Shown here piece by piece: positions 29,844 to 39,239 of a stretch of 64,000 nt of DNA. Each line of letters opens with the position of its first letter. Position 1 is the first letter of the stretch. A program made the position numbers and the translations under genes. This DNA is from a virus. The notes under the pieces were generated by a model. The model saw nothing but the letters and a program-made list of their open reading frames with translations, was not told the DNA's origin and searched no databases. The stretch lies in the IMG/VR virus record IMGVR_UViG_3300025015_000001. The stretch is one strand, 5' to 3'.

Positions 29844-30212
29844 ATGCCGATTGACAAGTTCAGTAGATATCAAACAAAATTAGTAATGAGTGAAATGTAC
29901 CCAGCTAAAACAGATGGTACTTGTAGATGTGGTTGTGGTAAAAAAATAGAACCTCCACGTAGAATATGGCATAGTACAGAATGTTACACTAATGCTCTTA
30001 ATAATTATTTTGTTATTCGTGGCGATGTACCGACTATAAGAAAATTATTACAACAAAGAGACGATGGTGTATGTAATAATTGCAAGAAGAAACTATCCAG
30101 CTGGCAAGCTGATCACATCGTAGAAATTAGAGATGGTGGTGGTGGATGTGGATTAGATAATTTTCAGACGTTATGTTTAAAGTGCCACAAAAAGAAAACA
30201 CATAGTAGATAA
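29844..30212 (+). CDS. HNH endonuclease
   Basis: CRCGCG N-module; CNNC...ADHIVEI...NFQTLCLKCH. Confidence 0.9.
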   Translation: MPIDKFSRYQTKLVMSEMYPAKTDGTCRCGCGKKIEPPRRIWHSTECYTNALNNYFVIRGDVPTIRKLLQQRDDGVCNNCKKKLSSWQADHIVEIRDGGGGCGLDNFQTLCLKCHKKKTHSR

Positions 30213-30221
30213 GAGGTATGG

Positions 30222-30980
30222 ATGTTAAAGGTAAGCCACATAAGTAAAATATCAGAAGTAGCGACCATTAGTATTGATGAACTGGTTCCCTCTGAGCCAT
30301 CAGTCGTATATACATCGTATTTACCTCTATATAATAAACTTAAAAAAGGTGAAACTCTTCCCTACGTAAAAGTTGTTTTAATAGACGACGAATATATTAT
30401 TGTTGATGGCAATAATAGAGCTAAAGCTGCCAAAGATTTTGGTTACACGTCTATCCCAGTTGATGTGGTCACTCTACCTAAAAATAGAGAACTATTTTTC
30501 CGAAAAAGTTTAGACAAATTTAGGCACTTGAAAGGATTGGCTGATCTGCCTATATATAAAAATAGAACAGATAGAAGGGAGAGATACTCCAATATAAAAT
30601 TTGCACATTATTCTAAAAATGATATTGAACAACTCATCCCAGAAGATAATTCAATACTTATTTCTATCACAGGAACAGCTTCTGATTTTGCTAATGTAGA
30701 TGACAGTTTATATAAAGACATTCTACGAATCAGATTTAGTGATATACAAAAAGATTTTGGTAAATTTAGAGCATTTACTAAAAATCAAGCTAAAGATATA
30801 TTATCTTTTGTAGATAGTAATTTACCAATCAGCTATGTGTATATTAACTGTGAAAGAGGGCAGAGCAGATCAGCAGCCTGTCACTCTGCTTTAGAAAAGA
30901 TATATAATGATAAATTTGTGGATTTTCCAAAAAGCAATATTCATGTAAAGAATATTTTATTAAGTTTAGTCAAGGAGTAA
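30222..30980 (+). CDS. ParB/Srx-like domain fused to a tyrosine-phosphatase-like domain
   Basis: IIVDGNNRAKAA (ParB/Srx; usually DGHHR) and INCERGQSRS (CX5R). Confidence 0.75.
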   Translation: MLKVSHISKISEVATISIDELVPSEPSVVYTSYLPLYNKLKKGETLPYVKVVLIDDEYIIVDGNNRAKAAKDFGYTSIPVDVVTLPKNRELFFRKSLDKFRHLKGLADLPIYKNRTDRRERYSNIKFAHYSKNDIEQLIPEDNSILISITGTASDFANVDDSLYKDILRIRFSDIQKDFGKFRAFTKNQAKDILSFVDSNLPISYVYINCERGQSRSAACHSALEKIYNDKFVDFPKSNIHVKNILLSLVKE

Positions 30981-30982
30981 CT

Positions 30983-32797
30983 ATGCCAAAAGTAAACCAA
31001 GCATATCTTAAAATTGCAGATAAATTAGCAGAAGCTAAGAACTATCTTTATGAAGTAGTTCAGAAGAAGATAGAGGAAGGAAAAGATCAGACTACTATTA
31101 TTAAAGAAATTAAAAAAGAATTTTCTCCCAATGAATCTGTTATATGTGATATTGAGAATACATTTTTTAAGACAGCTTATATTGGTTCTGGAATAAATGA
31201 GTTATATGAGGAAGGTGAGATTTCAGATGATATATATACCACTATAGGCAAAAAGTATCGTGAGATGGAATCTCAAATAGCGCCTTTATTCGGGAAAGGC
31301 AAATATCAGAATCAAGAAGAATTTGAACGTGCTTTTGCTAAGTGGGTCAGAGCAGCATACCCTAATATTTATGATAGGGTAGCAAGTAAAGAAAATATAG
31401 ACTTCTCTGATATTCCCGAAATAGATTTTTCAAAAGTATCTTATATTAAGAAATTAAAAGATAAAGAAAAATGGAGAGTATACTCTGAATCAGGTAAGAA
31501 TATGGGTACATATGATTCTATGAAAGATGCTAAAAATCGTCTAAAAGAAATAGAAACATTCAAACATATAAAAAAATCTAATAATAATCCGTATTTACAG
31601 AAACAGGCTGCTACTCTTGTGGGAAAAGAAATACAACTTAAAAATGATACTGTTATAAAATTTAATGAATTTAATGTAGCCATCCCAACTACTGCATTTG
31701 GTATTATTACAAAAGAAAATCCAATAATTGCACAATTTGACATAGATGATATTCATATGTTTAAGGCCCCAAATGGTAAATTGTATTATACTAAGGAAGA
31801 GGTAGAAGAAGAATTTCAAAAACAATATGGGCATTATTGGGAAATGGAAGTTAATTTATCAGAAATCAATATAACAGGTGCAGAAAGTAATATAGAAGCC
31901 ATTAGTAGAAAAGTAGCATCTACTTTTATATGGGATGGTAAGATCTTGCTCAACGAAGAAGGGGATTCAGTAGAGCCTAATACAATACAAGATGGGGACT
32001 CAGTAAGATTAATAGGCCCGGAAGCCCACTTAAATATTTATGATGTTCTTCCTAAAGAAAAAATGTTATTACACAAGGCAGAGTCATGGCTAGACCAAGC
32101 TAAACCTGGAGATAAAGTTCAGTTAGACGGGGGAGAAACTGGGGAAGTTCTTAATGTTTCTGAAGAAAAAGTAGAAGTTAAAACGCCCACTAAGACTGAG
32201 ACTGTTTGGAAAACCAAGACTAGTTTTGATAAACATACTGCTATTAAGGATCAAATATTAAACTTACTAAATACAGTATTTGGAGGTAGTTGGGATAATG
32301 TTATAAAAGCTATTGAGGAATACAAACCAAAGAATAAAACATCTGGTATATTTGATAGAGCTAAGGTATGGTTAATGATTACCTTAATAGCCGGTTTATT
32401 AGGAGTGTCAGCGCAGGATATTTTAGCCGCCTCATCTCAAGATATCAAAGAGAGAGTTATTAAAATAATGCGAGGGGTCTACCATCCACCTGAAGTAATT
32501 AAGGATATTTTTGGAATACGTAAAGATAGTAACTTCGGGCAGTTACCCGATTCAGATATTTCCGATGAAATTGGGAGAGTAGATACCAGTTATTTTTCAG
32601 AAGAGAACAAAGTCAGATTAGTATTTATATTTTGGAAAATTTCTGAAAAAGATGCCACTTCTATTTTTAAAGATGTTTTAAACGATAAAATTAGCCGCTT
32701 ATCCATACAATTTAAAAATGCTACTCCCATTATAGAGGGGTTTAAAAAAATAGAAGATGGTAAGTATGAGGCCTATGTAGTTTTTAAAAATAAATAA
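30983..32797 (+). CDS. Modular putative virion/ejection protein
   Basis: Contains a YIKK...WRVYSESGKNMGTY...AKNRLKEIETFK module, a KOW-like module, a hydrophobic helix and K-x-A junctions. Confidence 0.6.
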   Translation: MPKVNQAYLKIADKLAEAKNYLYEVVQKKIEEGKDQTTIIKEIKKEFSPNESVICDIENTFFKTAYIGSGINELYEEGEISDDIYTTIGKKYREMESQIAPLFGKGKYQNQEEFERAFAKWVRAAYPNIYDRVASKENIDFSDIPEIDFSKVSYIKKLKDKEKWRVYSESGKNMGTYDSMKDAKNRLKEIETFKHIKKSNNNPYLQKQAATLVGKEIQLKNDTVIKFNEFNVAIPTTAFGIITKENPIIAQFDIDDIHMFKAPNGKLYYTKEEVEEEFQKQYGHYWEMEVNLSEINITGAESNIEAISRKVASTFIWDGKILLNEEGDSVEPNTIQDGDSVRLIGPEAHLNIYDVLPKEKMLLHKAESWLDQAKPGDKVQLDGGETGEVLNVSEEKVEVKTPTKTETVWKTKTSFDKHTAIKDQILNLLNTVFGGSWDNVIKAIEEYKPKNKTSGIFDRAKVWLMITLIAGLLGVSAQDILAASSQDIKERVIKIMRGVYHPPEVIKDIFGIRKDSNFGQLPDSDISDEIGRVDTSYFSEENKVRLVFIFWKISEKDATSIFKDVLNDKISRLSIQFKNATPIIEGFKKIEDGKYEAYVVFKNK

Positions 32798-32799
32798 TT

Positions 32800-35382
32800 A
32801 TGAAAAAATCATTTAATTTAAATAGTGTTTTTACTGATATGTATTTTGAGGATCGTAAATCTCCATCTATAGGATTGCAGAATCCTATCCGTATGCCCGC
32901 CCCATCCGATGGTTGGAATTTAGAGCCTAAAAATCAATCGGAAAGAACATTATCCCCTATCATGAGAAGAGAGCAAACAGATGATATTATGGTAAATGAC
33001 GACTCTAGAATTAAAAATAAATTACCGAATAAATCTAAAAAGAAAGAAAAATCATATAAAGAATTAGGAGTGTTACCTACCAAAAAACGTTTAAAATTTA
33101 TTACAGAGAATCCATCTGATAGTGGTCACAGTATGTTAGGACCAGGAAGTAGTGGGATAGAAACAAATAACGAAAATAAAGCTAAGCCTATTCCTGTGCG
33201 TAAACCACAACATACTGTACGCGAGAATAATGTAGAGTGGTTGGATAAATTAAGCAGCATATTACCCGATTGGTGCAGAGTAGCTTATAGAATACAAGAC
33301 ATCTTATCAGAAAAAATAAAAAAATATAATCTGCACTTAGATGACTTATTAGCACTAACAAAATCTGATATAAAAACATACTTTATGGGGAACAGAAGAG
33401 ATTTTGGTGGGTTTATAAGACAATGGGGAGGCGACGATGTTTTAGCAGCAGCATCTGTTAAATTATATAGAATCGCCCACCCAGAACAATTCTCAAGATT
33501 CTTTACTCCTAATCAAGAAAAAGAAGTATTGGATTGGGCTGAAAGTATTTTACAGCAGTATGATATGCAATCTAAAAAATCATTTAATCTAAACTCCTTT
33601 GAAACTCAAAATAGAGATGTTATGGAAGAAGGTTATCAATTAATGCCCAGGAGAGACTTTCCTGATGGATTTCATAAACGCCCAGTAACTCAGCCAGGAG
33701 AAGGCCATCTACCATTCATGCGTGGCAAGGAACCGGGAGAAAACTTATCTAAAATCCCAGTAGAGGATTTATCTCCCAGGCCATTTTTTGAAACAAAGGT
33801 ATTTAAGCCAAGAAGAAAATATATATATGATGTTAAGAAAGTAAAAACCTCCTCCGAAAAGTACGAAAATATCGTACTATCTGGAGATAAAAAATCATTT
33901 AATATTATGTCTATTAAATTAAACTGGGGGAGCAGTTTACAAAATAAGTATCTTAGCGAACTTACTTCTGAATATAAGGAAAAGTTAATCAATATGGCAG
34001 TAGAAGTATGGCAGAAAAAAGGAATAAGTAGAGAAGCTATAATAACTAAATGGGATGAATTATCAGATAAATTAGATAAAGTAAATAAGTCTGAATTTAT
34101 TGCTATATATAATTCATATGCTACAGAATTATATGGGGCATATGAAGAGTTTAGAAAAAGAACCGATGGTATAGAAAAAGACGAATCACGCGCGGATGGT
34201 CTAAATCCTAAACCTTATTACGGGGACTCTAATATTTATCCATATAGAGGCACAGGCGTAGGTTTACCCTCTTCTACATTTATAGAGCCATTTGAAACAG
34301 TAACGAGAGAAGTTAGAGTATCAAAGATTCTGCCAACACAATCTATCGGTAGTAAAAATAAATCATTCAAAGTAGTAGCACAGGACGAAGAAGATAAGCC
34401 AGCAGTTTCTCAAGAGGCATACGATGCATTTACTGAGAAGTCTTACGTATTTAAAAATTATCAATTAGCAGCCGAACAAATTGAAGACGCTATTGATAAA
34501 GGGAAAGATTTATCCATTTTATTAAAATATCAGAAAATGTCTGACACTCAGAAGCAGAGAGCAGTTAATAGAGCTATTGAGAAGAGTGTTGCACTTATAT
34601 ATTTATATGAGAATGAAAAAGAAAGTTTATCAGATGCTCAATATAAGCATCTTATCAATTCATTGTATAAAAAAGCAATGGATGATGGTACTAATTTAAT
34701 ATATATTCTTAGAAATTTTGATCTACCTGCAGAAAGAAAAACTGTATTAGTTCAAAAGGCATTAGAAGAAGGTGTTGGGTTACATTTCTTATTTAAGAAT
34801 AGATTACTTACCCCGGAGCAGCAGGATTACGCTGTTAAAAAAGCAATAGAGACTGGATTAGGTTTATTAGATCTACTTAAATATATTAGCTTAACTCCCG
34901 AACAAAAGAAAGTTGTTATTAATAAATGTATAGAAAAAGGAATAGCATTAATATATTTACTGCGCAAAGAAGATTTAAGTGAAGAACAAAAGACTAGTGT
35001 GTTTAGTAAAGCACTGAGAGAGGGAAAAGGTTATCATTTTATTTTAAGAACATATAAATTATCTCCCGAACAAATTAATTTAGCAATAAGAAGATCTAAG
35101 CATAAATATGATAATTTAAAAATGATAGCGAAATACCAAGATATTAGCCCAGAGCAGCAATCTTACATAGATAAAAGGATTGAAAAAATGAAATCAAAAA
35201 AAAGTTTTGTAAATGCTAAGTATGTATTCGTGCTGCCTGGTGAAGAAGGCTTCGAAGAATTACAGCAATTTTTCAGAGAAGCGGATGATGAGTCCGTAGT
35301 AAAGATGTATGACTATATAGAAAGTGATAATCTTGCAGATGCTAAAAAATTATTAGAAGAGTTTATAGGCACGGAAATATGA
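32800..35382 (+). CDS. Modular protein with five KKSF-type motifs and a helical-repeat domain
   Basis: KKSFNLNS x2, KKSFNIMS, NKSFKVVA, KKSFVNA. Confidence 0.75.
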   Translation: MKKSFNLNSVFTDMYFEDRKSPSIGLQNPIRMPAPSDGWNLEPKNQSERTLSPIMRREQTDDIMVNDDSRIKNKLPNKSKKKEKSYKELGVLPTKKRLKFITENPSDSGHSMLGPGSSGIETNNENKAKPIPVRKPQHTVRENNVEWLDKLSSILPDWCRVAYRIQDILSEKIKKYNLHLDDLLALTKSDIKTYFMGNRRDFGGFIRQWGGDDVLAAASVKLYRIAHPEQFSRFFTPNQEKEVLDWAESILQQYDMQSKKSFNLNSFETQNRDVMEEGYQLMPRRDFPDGFHKRPVTQPGEGHLPFMRGKEPGENLSKIPVEDLSPRPFFETKVFKPRRKYIYDVKKVKTSSEKYENIVLSGDKKSFNIMSIKLNWGSSLQNKYLSELTSEYKEKLINMAVEVWQKKGISREAIITKWDELSDKLDKVNKSEFIAIYNSYATELYGAYEEFRKRTDGIEKDESRADGLNPKPYYGDSNIYPYRGTGVGLPSSTFIEPFETVTREVRVSKILPTQSIGSKNKSFKVVAQDEEDKPAVSQEAYDAFTEKSYVFKNYQLAAEQIEDAIDKGKDLSILLKYQKMSDTQKQRAVNRAIEKSVALIYLYENEKESLSDAQYKHLINSLYKKAMDDGTNLIYILRNFDLPAERKTVLVQKALEEGVGLHFLFKNRLLTPEQQDYAVKKAIETGLGLLDLLKYISLTPEQKKVVINKCIEKGIALIYLLRKEDLSEEQKTSVFSKALREGKGYHFILRTYKLSPEQINLAIRRSKHKYDNLKMIAKYQDISPEQQSYIDKRIEKMKSKKSFVNAKYVFVLPGEEGFEELQQFFREADDESVVKMYDYIESDNLADAKKLLEEFIGTEI
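34510..35196 (+). repeat. Eight imperfect ~28-aa helical repeats
   Basis: Consensus L-x-Y-L-L-K/R-x-x-x-L-S/T-P-E-Q...A-I-E-x-G. Confidence 0.85.
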
Positions 35383-36056
35383 AAATTTTTAAACTATCTG
35401 AGTTAGGTGATATAAAAAAATCATTTAAACTAACAGACCTTATGAGTATGGATATTATTAAAAAATCATTTTTTATAATAGATGCCGCATATTATGCTTT
35501 AATTGATAATGCCAAAATATTTCATACAGAACAATTAAATAAGAGAGAATTTGAGAGAGCACAAAAACATTGGCAAAAAGATAATCCAAATGTTCAATTC
35601 CTGGAAATTAATAAAGATAAATATAACGAATTAGTAGAACGTTTTAAAGAAAATAAAGATGAAGAGATCTCTATTTCAGATGTAGGTATTTCTGTCCCAA
35701 TCAAAGAAGAGCCTATTGACGAAGTAGAAGAGGAACCTGTAGAGGATGAAGAGGAGATAGATGAGAAAGAAGAAGCAGACATATCTGATATATTATCAGC
35801 AATTAAAGAAGCTGCCAAAAAACAATTATTACTAAAAGTAACATACAGAGATCGTGATGGTAATGTTACAGAAGGACGTTACATTGAGCCGTGGGAAATA
35901 AGAGACCAATACGTGTTTGCTGGCGATAACTATGGCGACCCAAGCACATCTGGGGAAATCGGGACCAAGCAGTTTATAATGGCAGCTTTTAGTGATTGGG
36001 GATTATCAGAAGAACCTTACCAAAATCCAGCTGCCTACCCTATAAAAATAAAATAA
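35379..36056 (+). CDS. Protein with KKSF leader, acidic linker and C-terminal WYL-like domain
   Basis: AAKKQLLLKVTYRDRDGNVTEGRYIEPWEI resembles the WYL core. Confidence 0.65.
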   Translation: MKIFKLSELGDIKKSFKLTDLMSMDIIKKSFFIIDAAYYALIDNAKIFHTEQLNKREFERAQKHWQKDNPNVQFLEINKDKYNELVERFKENKDEEISISDVGISVPIKEEPIDEVEEEPVEDEEEIDEKEEADISDILSAIKEAAKKQLLLKVTYRDRDGNVTEGRYIEPWEIRDQYVFAGDNYGDPSTSGEIGTKQFIMAAFSDWGLSEEPYQNPAAYPIKIK

Positions 36057-36059
36057 TTA

Positions 36060-36106
36060 TTTTTTTCATTTTTTGAAAATTTTTAAAAAGTTAAATATGA
36101 TATACT
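36060..36106 (+). promoter_or_regulatory. Phage-specific promoter motif
   Basis: TTTTTTTCATTTTTTGAAAATTTTTAAAAAGTTAAATATGATATACT. Confidence 0.7.
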
Positions 36107-36137
36107 AACTGTATTATTAATACAGGAGGTTTTAGGT

Positions 36138-36317
36138 ATGCCATTTATAGAGTATCACTGTGAAAAATGTGGGAATGAATTTTGTGAGTTGCATCTAACA
36201 TTTAAATATCCCACTGAAATGAAATGTGAGAAGTGTGGGGAATTAGCTAAGAAATTAGAAGTTCCAACAAAACCATTTGGATTTAATGGAACAGATTTAG
36301 CTAGGGCACGGCAGTAA
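36138..36317 (+). CDS. FmdB-like zinc-ribbon protein (59 aa)
   Basis: Hand-translated MPFIEYHCEKCGNEF...CEKCG; AGGAGG RBS. Confidence 0.85.
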   Translation: MPFIEYHCEKCGNEFCELHLTFKYPTEMKCEKCGELAKKLEVPTKPFGFNGTDLARARQ

Positions 36318-36576
36318 TTTGTGATTTAATTTTAGTAAGTTTCAGTGTGTGCTCTAGCCCCCAATCCACAGTGTTTATTATATAAGCTAATGAGTCTGAT
36401 AAAGTACAAAAGTGTTTTATCTCATTATATAAGTAGACTTTGAATCTTTTTTGGGTTTTTTTACAAGGTCCATATATGTAAATATAGTCATAGTTATTAT
36501 TTTTTTCGTATATAATAGGTTTATTGGAACCAGCACATAATTCTTTAGGACATTTTTTACAATCTTTATACTTCAC
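36301..36576 (-). CDS. LTKIK-family small protein (copy 6, Cys type)
   Basis: DCKKCPKELC...GPC...LEHTLKLTKIKSQ. Confidence 0.8.
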   Translation of the reverse strand: MKYKDCKKCPKELCAGSNKPIIYEKNNNYDYIYIYGPCKKTQKRFKVYLYNEIKHFCTLSDSLAYIINTVDWGLEHTLKLTKIKSQITAVP

Positions 36577-36582
36577 GAATAA

Positions 36583-36611
36583 ATATTAACATAAATCTTT
36601 AAGTAAGTCAA
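36583..36611 (-). promoter_or_regulatory. sigma70-type promoter, probably leaderless transcript
   Basis: TTGACT-17-TAATAT, 6 nt before GTG; near-identical to 29756-29784. Confidence 0.7.
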
Positions 36612-36643
36612 TATTAATTTAATTGTAGTTAAAGGAAAACTTA

Positions 36644-38872
36644 ATGGCAAAAAAAGTTGCAAATCAAGCAGCGATTAAAAATTTATCATCTTTTGTCTCT
36701 CCTCAGATGGTGCATGGTAATAAGCAAGCTGCCGCTGTATCTGAATTACAAAAAGAAATGAACAAGACGGCAGATACTGGCGGGGTATTTTTTAGTGTAC
36801 CAACCCCGTACCAGCCCGAATTCGGCGACCCATCTAAGATAAATTTCCCTATAGATCGTCACCAGGCCAATAGATATTGGAGATTATTTTATCGGACCGA
36901 CCCCATTGTGGGTTCTGTTATAGATATGTTTTCTGAAATGCTTACATCCGATATGGATTTATATGGAGAGGGAATTACAGGAGAGGTTAAGAGAGCGTAT
37001 GAGCAAGCTATAGATAATACGTCTATAGTATCGCTATTTCAATACTTTATAAAAGAATTCTTAGTAGTGGGGGAAGTGATTCCTCATTTAATATTTGATG
37101 AGTCTAAGGGAGTATGGAGCGATTTAATATTCCATAATCCGGATCAAGTAAATGTGTTGAGTTCCTCATTTCTCAACGTTCCAACTATCTTGGAGTTCTG
37201 CCCAGATGAAGGTTTACGTAAGTTCATAACATCACAGCACCCCCAAGTATTGGATTATATACAGACATTACCTGCAGAGATAGTTTCGGCAATTGCGTCT
37301 GGGCAAAATGTACCACTAAATACAAAATTTAATGTTTCATTTTTAGCAAGAAAATTATTTCCGTATGATGTTCGTGGTACAAGTATTATGCCGAGAATGT
37401 GGCAGATTTCGATGTACGAATCCTCAATCATGAACGCTAGTATCCAAACAGCAAAACGTCATTCCGGCCCTATTAAAATCGTAAAAATCGGCTCCCCAGA
37501 GCATCAATTTATTCCACCCAAAGAATTTTTTGATGAGATAGTTCAACAATTTACTATAGCAGAATCAGACCCACATGCTATGATTGTACTGCCTAATTAT
37601 GGTATACAGTTTGAGGCGTTTGGGACTACTGATAGGATGATGAGTATTAGTAGAGAGTATGATATTATAGAGCGCGTAAAAATGACTGCATTAGGCGTTT
37701 CAGCAGGCATGATGCACGGCGAGTCAACGTTCGCAGCGAGCAAGACCAATCTTAATACTCTGCTACTCAGACTTAAAGGTATGCGCAAGTTCTTTGAATC
37801 TATGTGGTTTCATAATAAATTCTTCAAACCATTGGCTGAGATAAATGAGTGGCACCACAGATCAACTTCGGAGATCTCCCATCGCGTCCGTATTAAGAAA
37901 AATGCCAACGAACAACGTCTCATAGTACCTAAGATTAAATGGAGACAATTATTAGAGCCTGTAGTAGATAAGGATATGTTAGAAGCAATTAGGCTCCTTA
38001 ATGATCTTGGTGTTAAGTCAAGCAAGACCACGTCATTTGCTGCAGCGGGGCTTGACTTTGAAGGAGAAACTGTTAATGCTCTTACCGAGCAGAAGATAGA
38101 AAAGCAACTTAGAAAGAAAATATTACCTGAAGATGTCAAGGATAAACGTCCAGAAGATATAGCCCAAGAAATTCTTCCCGGTGGTGGGATGCCATTGTCA
38201 ATGTCAGAAGAACTACCAATGACACCAGTAGAAGAGGGTAGTTTACCAGAAGCAGCACCTGTCGGATTACCTCCAGAAGGAGAAGCACCAACTCCAGAAG
38301 AAGCTGCCGAGGTGGCCCCCGGGGCTCCTCCAATTACACCGGCCCCAGCATCTAAGCAAGCTCCCTCTAAAAGAGGCTTTAAAGTTACTGCTAACGATGT
38401 AGATGATTTAATTGATTTAATGGAAACTGGTAATACTGAATCCCAAATTTGGTCTTATATTAAATCTAAGGGAGAAGGTAATAACGAGTTTATTAAGAAT
38501 TGTAATTGGGATAGAATAAGTGAATATATGGAAGATGAGAATTTTAGTGATGCTGAAATAGAATATGTAAGAAAAGCATTAGTAAGAAAACATATAATTG
38601 AAGCTTCATTAAATGATAAATTAGAAGATGCAGTAGAAACTTTAAATTTAGCTGCTGCCACTGATGCGGAGCTACATTCTAAAATTGATAAAACTATTAG
38701 TGATATATTTAAGGATAAGATAGCTAAGATACAAGAAAAAGTCAAAGAGCAAGATGATGCGTTCTTAACTGGTGAAGGTAATATATATTCTGATAATGAT
38801 TTTCTTGTAAGAAGTGGTGGGAATTTATCAGATAAAGCTATCAAGAAATATCGGAAGACTAAGAAGAAATAG
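36644..38872 (+). CDS. Portal protein
   Basis: Located between terminase and protease; FYRTDPIVGSVIDMFSE, RKLFPYDVRGTSI patterns; Pro/Glu linker and C-terminal extension. Confidence 0.8.
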   Translation: MAKKVANQAAIKNLSSFVSPQMVHGNKQAAAVSELQKEMNKTADTGGVFFSVPTPYQPEFGDPSKINFPIDRHQANRYWRLFYRTDPIVGSVIDMFSEMLTSDMDLYGEGITGEVKRAYEQAIDNTSIVSLFQYFIKEFLVVGEVIPHLIFDESKGVWSDLIFHNPDQVNVLSSSFLNVPTILEFCPDEGLRKFITSQHPQVLDYIQTLPAEIVSAIASGQNVPLNTKFNVSFLARKLFPYDVRGTSIMPRMWQISMYESSIMNASIQTAKRHSGPIKIVKIGSPEHQFIPPKEFFDEIVQQFTIAESDPHAMIVLPNYGIQFEAFGTTDRMMSISREYDIIERVKMTALGVSAGMMHGESTFAASKTNLNTLLLRLKGMRKFFESMWFHNKFFKPLAEINEWHHRSTSEISHRVRIKKNANEQRLIVPKIKWRQLLEPVVDKDMLEAIRLLNDLGVKSSKTTSFAAAGLDFEGETVNALTEQKIEKQLRKKILPEDVKDKRPEDIAQEILPGGGMPLSMSEELPMTPVEEGSLPEAAPVGLPPEGEAPTPEEAAEVAPGAPPITPAPASKQAPSKRGFKVTANDVDDLIDLMETGNTESQIWSYIKSKGEGNNEFIKNCNWDRISEYMEDENFSDAEIEYVRKALVRKHIIEASLNDKLEDAVETLNLAAATDAELHSKIDKTISDIFKDKIAKIQEKVKEQDDAFLTGEGNIYSDNDFLVRSGGNLSDKAIKKYRKTKKK

Positions 38873-38881
38873 GAGATAAAA

Positions 38882-39013
38882 ATGTTCTTTAGGACAGGAA
38901 ACAGCCCAATCATAGCCACATCAGAAGATCAGATAGATTTATCTGAAAAAAAATCTGATGAAATTAAAGAAGAAGCACCTACAGTTTCAGTTCAAGCTGA
39001 GTCTGAAGCTTAG
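38882..39013 (+). CDS. 43-aa ORF, possibly truncated
   Basis: AGGAG RBS; MFFRTGNSPIIAT resembles the protease N-terminus MSFYKTSKADILA; its stop lies inside the antisense LTK codons. Confidence 0.5.
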   Translation: MFFRTGNSPIIATSEDQIDLSEKKSDEIKEEAPTVSVQAESEA

Positions 39014-39239
39014 TTAATTGCAAAGCGTCTTCTAATTCTAAATCAGATTTAATTATTAGATCTTGTATTGTATCTGATGTAGTTATTTTACATTTGTTGT
39101 GCATTATAAATTTTGAACATTTATAGACTATAATTTTATTAGTAATTAATAATGGGTGCACATTGCTGGTAGCACCCCACCTTTGGAGGCTGTCTATACT
39201 GTGATGTTGTTCTAACGTGATATATTCCACATTATTCAT
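38979..39239 (-). CDS. LTKIK-family small protein (copy 7)
   Basis: LELEDALQLTKL. Confidence 0.7.
   Translation of the reverse strand: MNNVEYITLEQHHSIDSLQRWGATSNVHPLLITNKIIVYKCSKFIMHNKCKITTSDTIQDLIIKSDLELEDALQLTKLQTQLELKL

Noticed and set aside
22181-35486. AAAAAATCATTTAA as a purely DNA-level site or frameshift signal
   Set aside because: Always in the same reading frame, several copies use AGT or TCT for Ser, and the ORFs continue without needing a frameshift.
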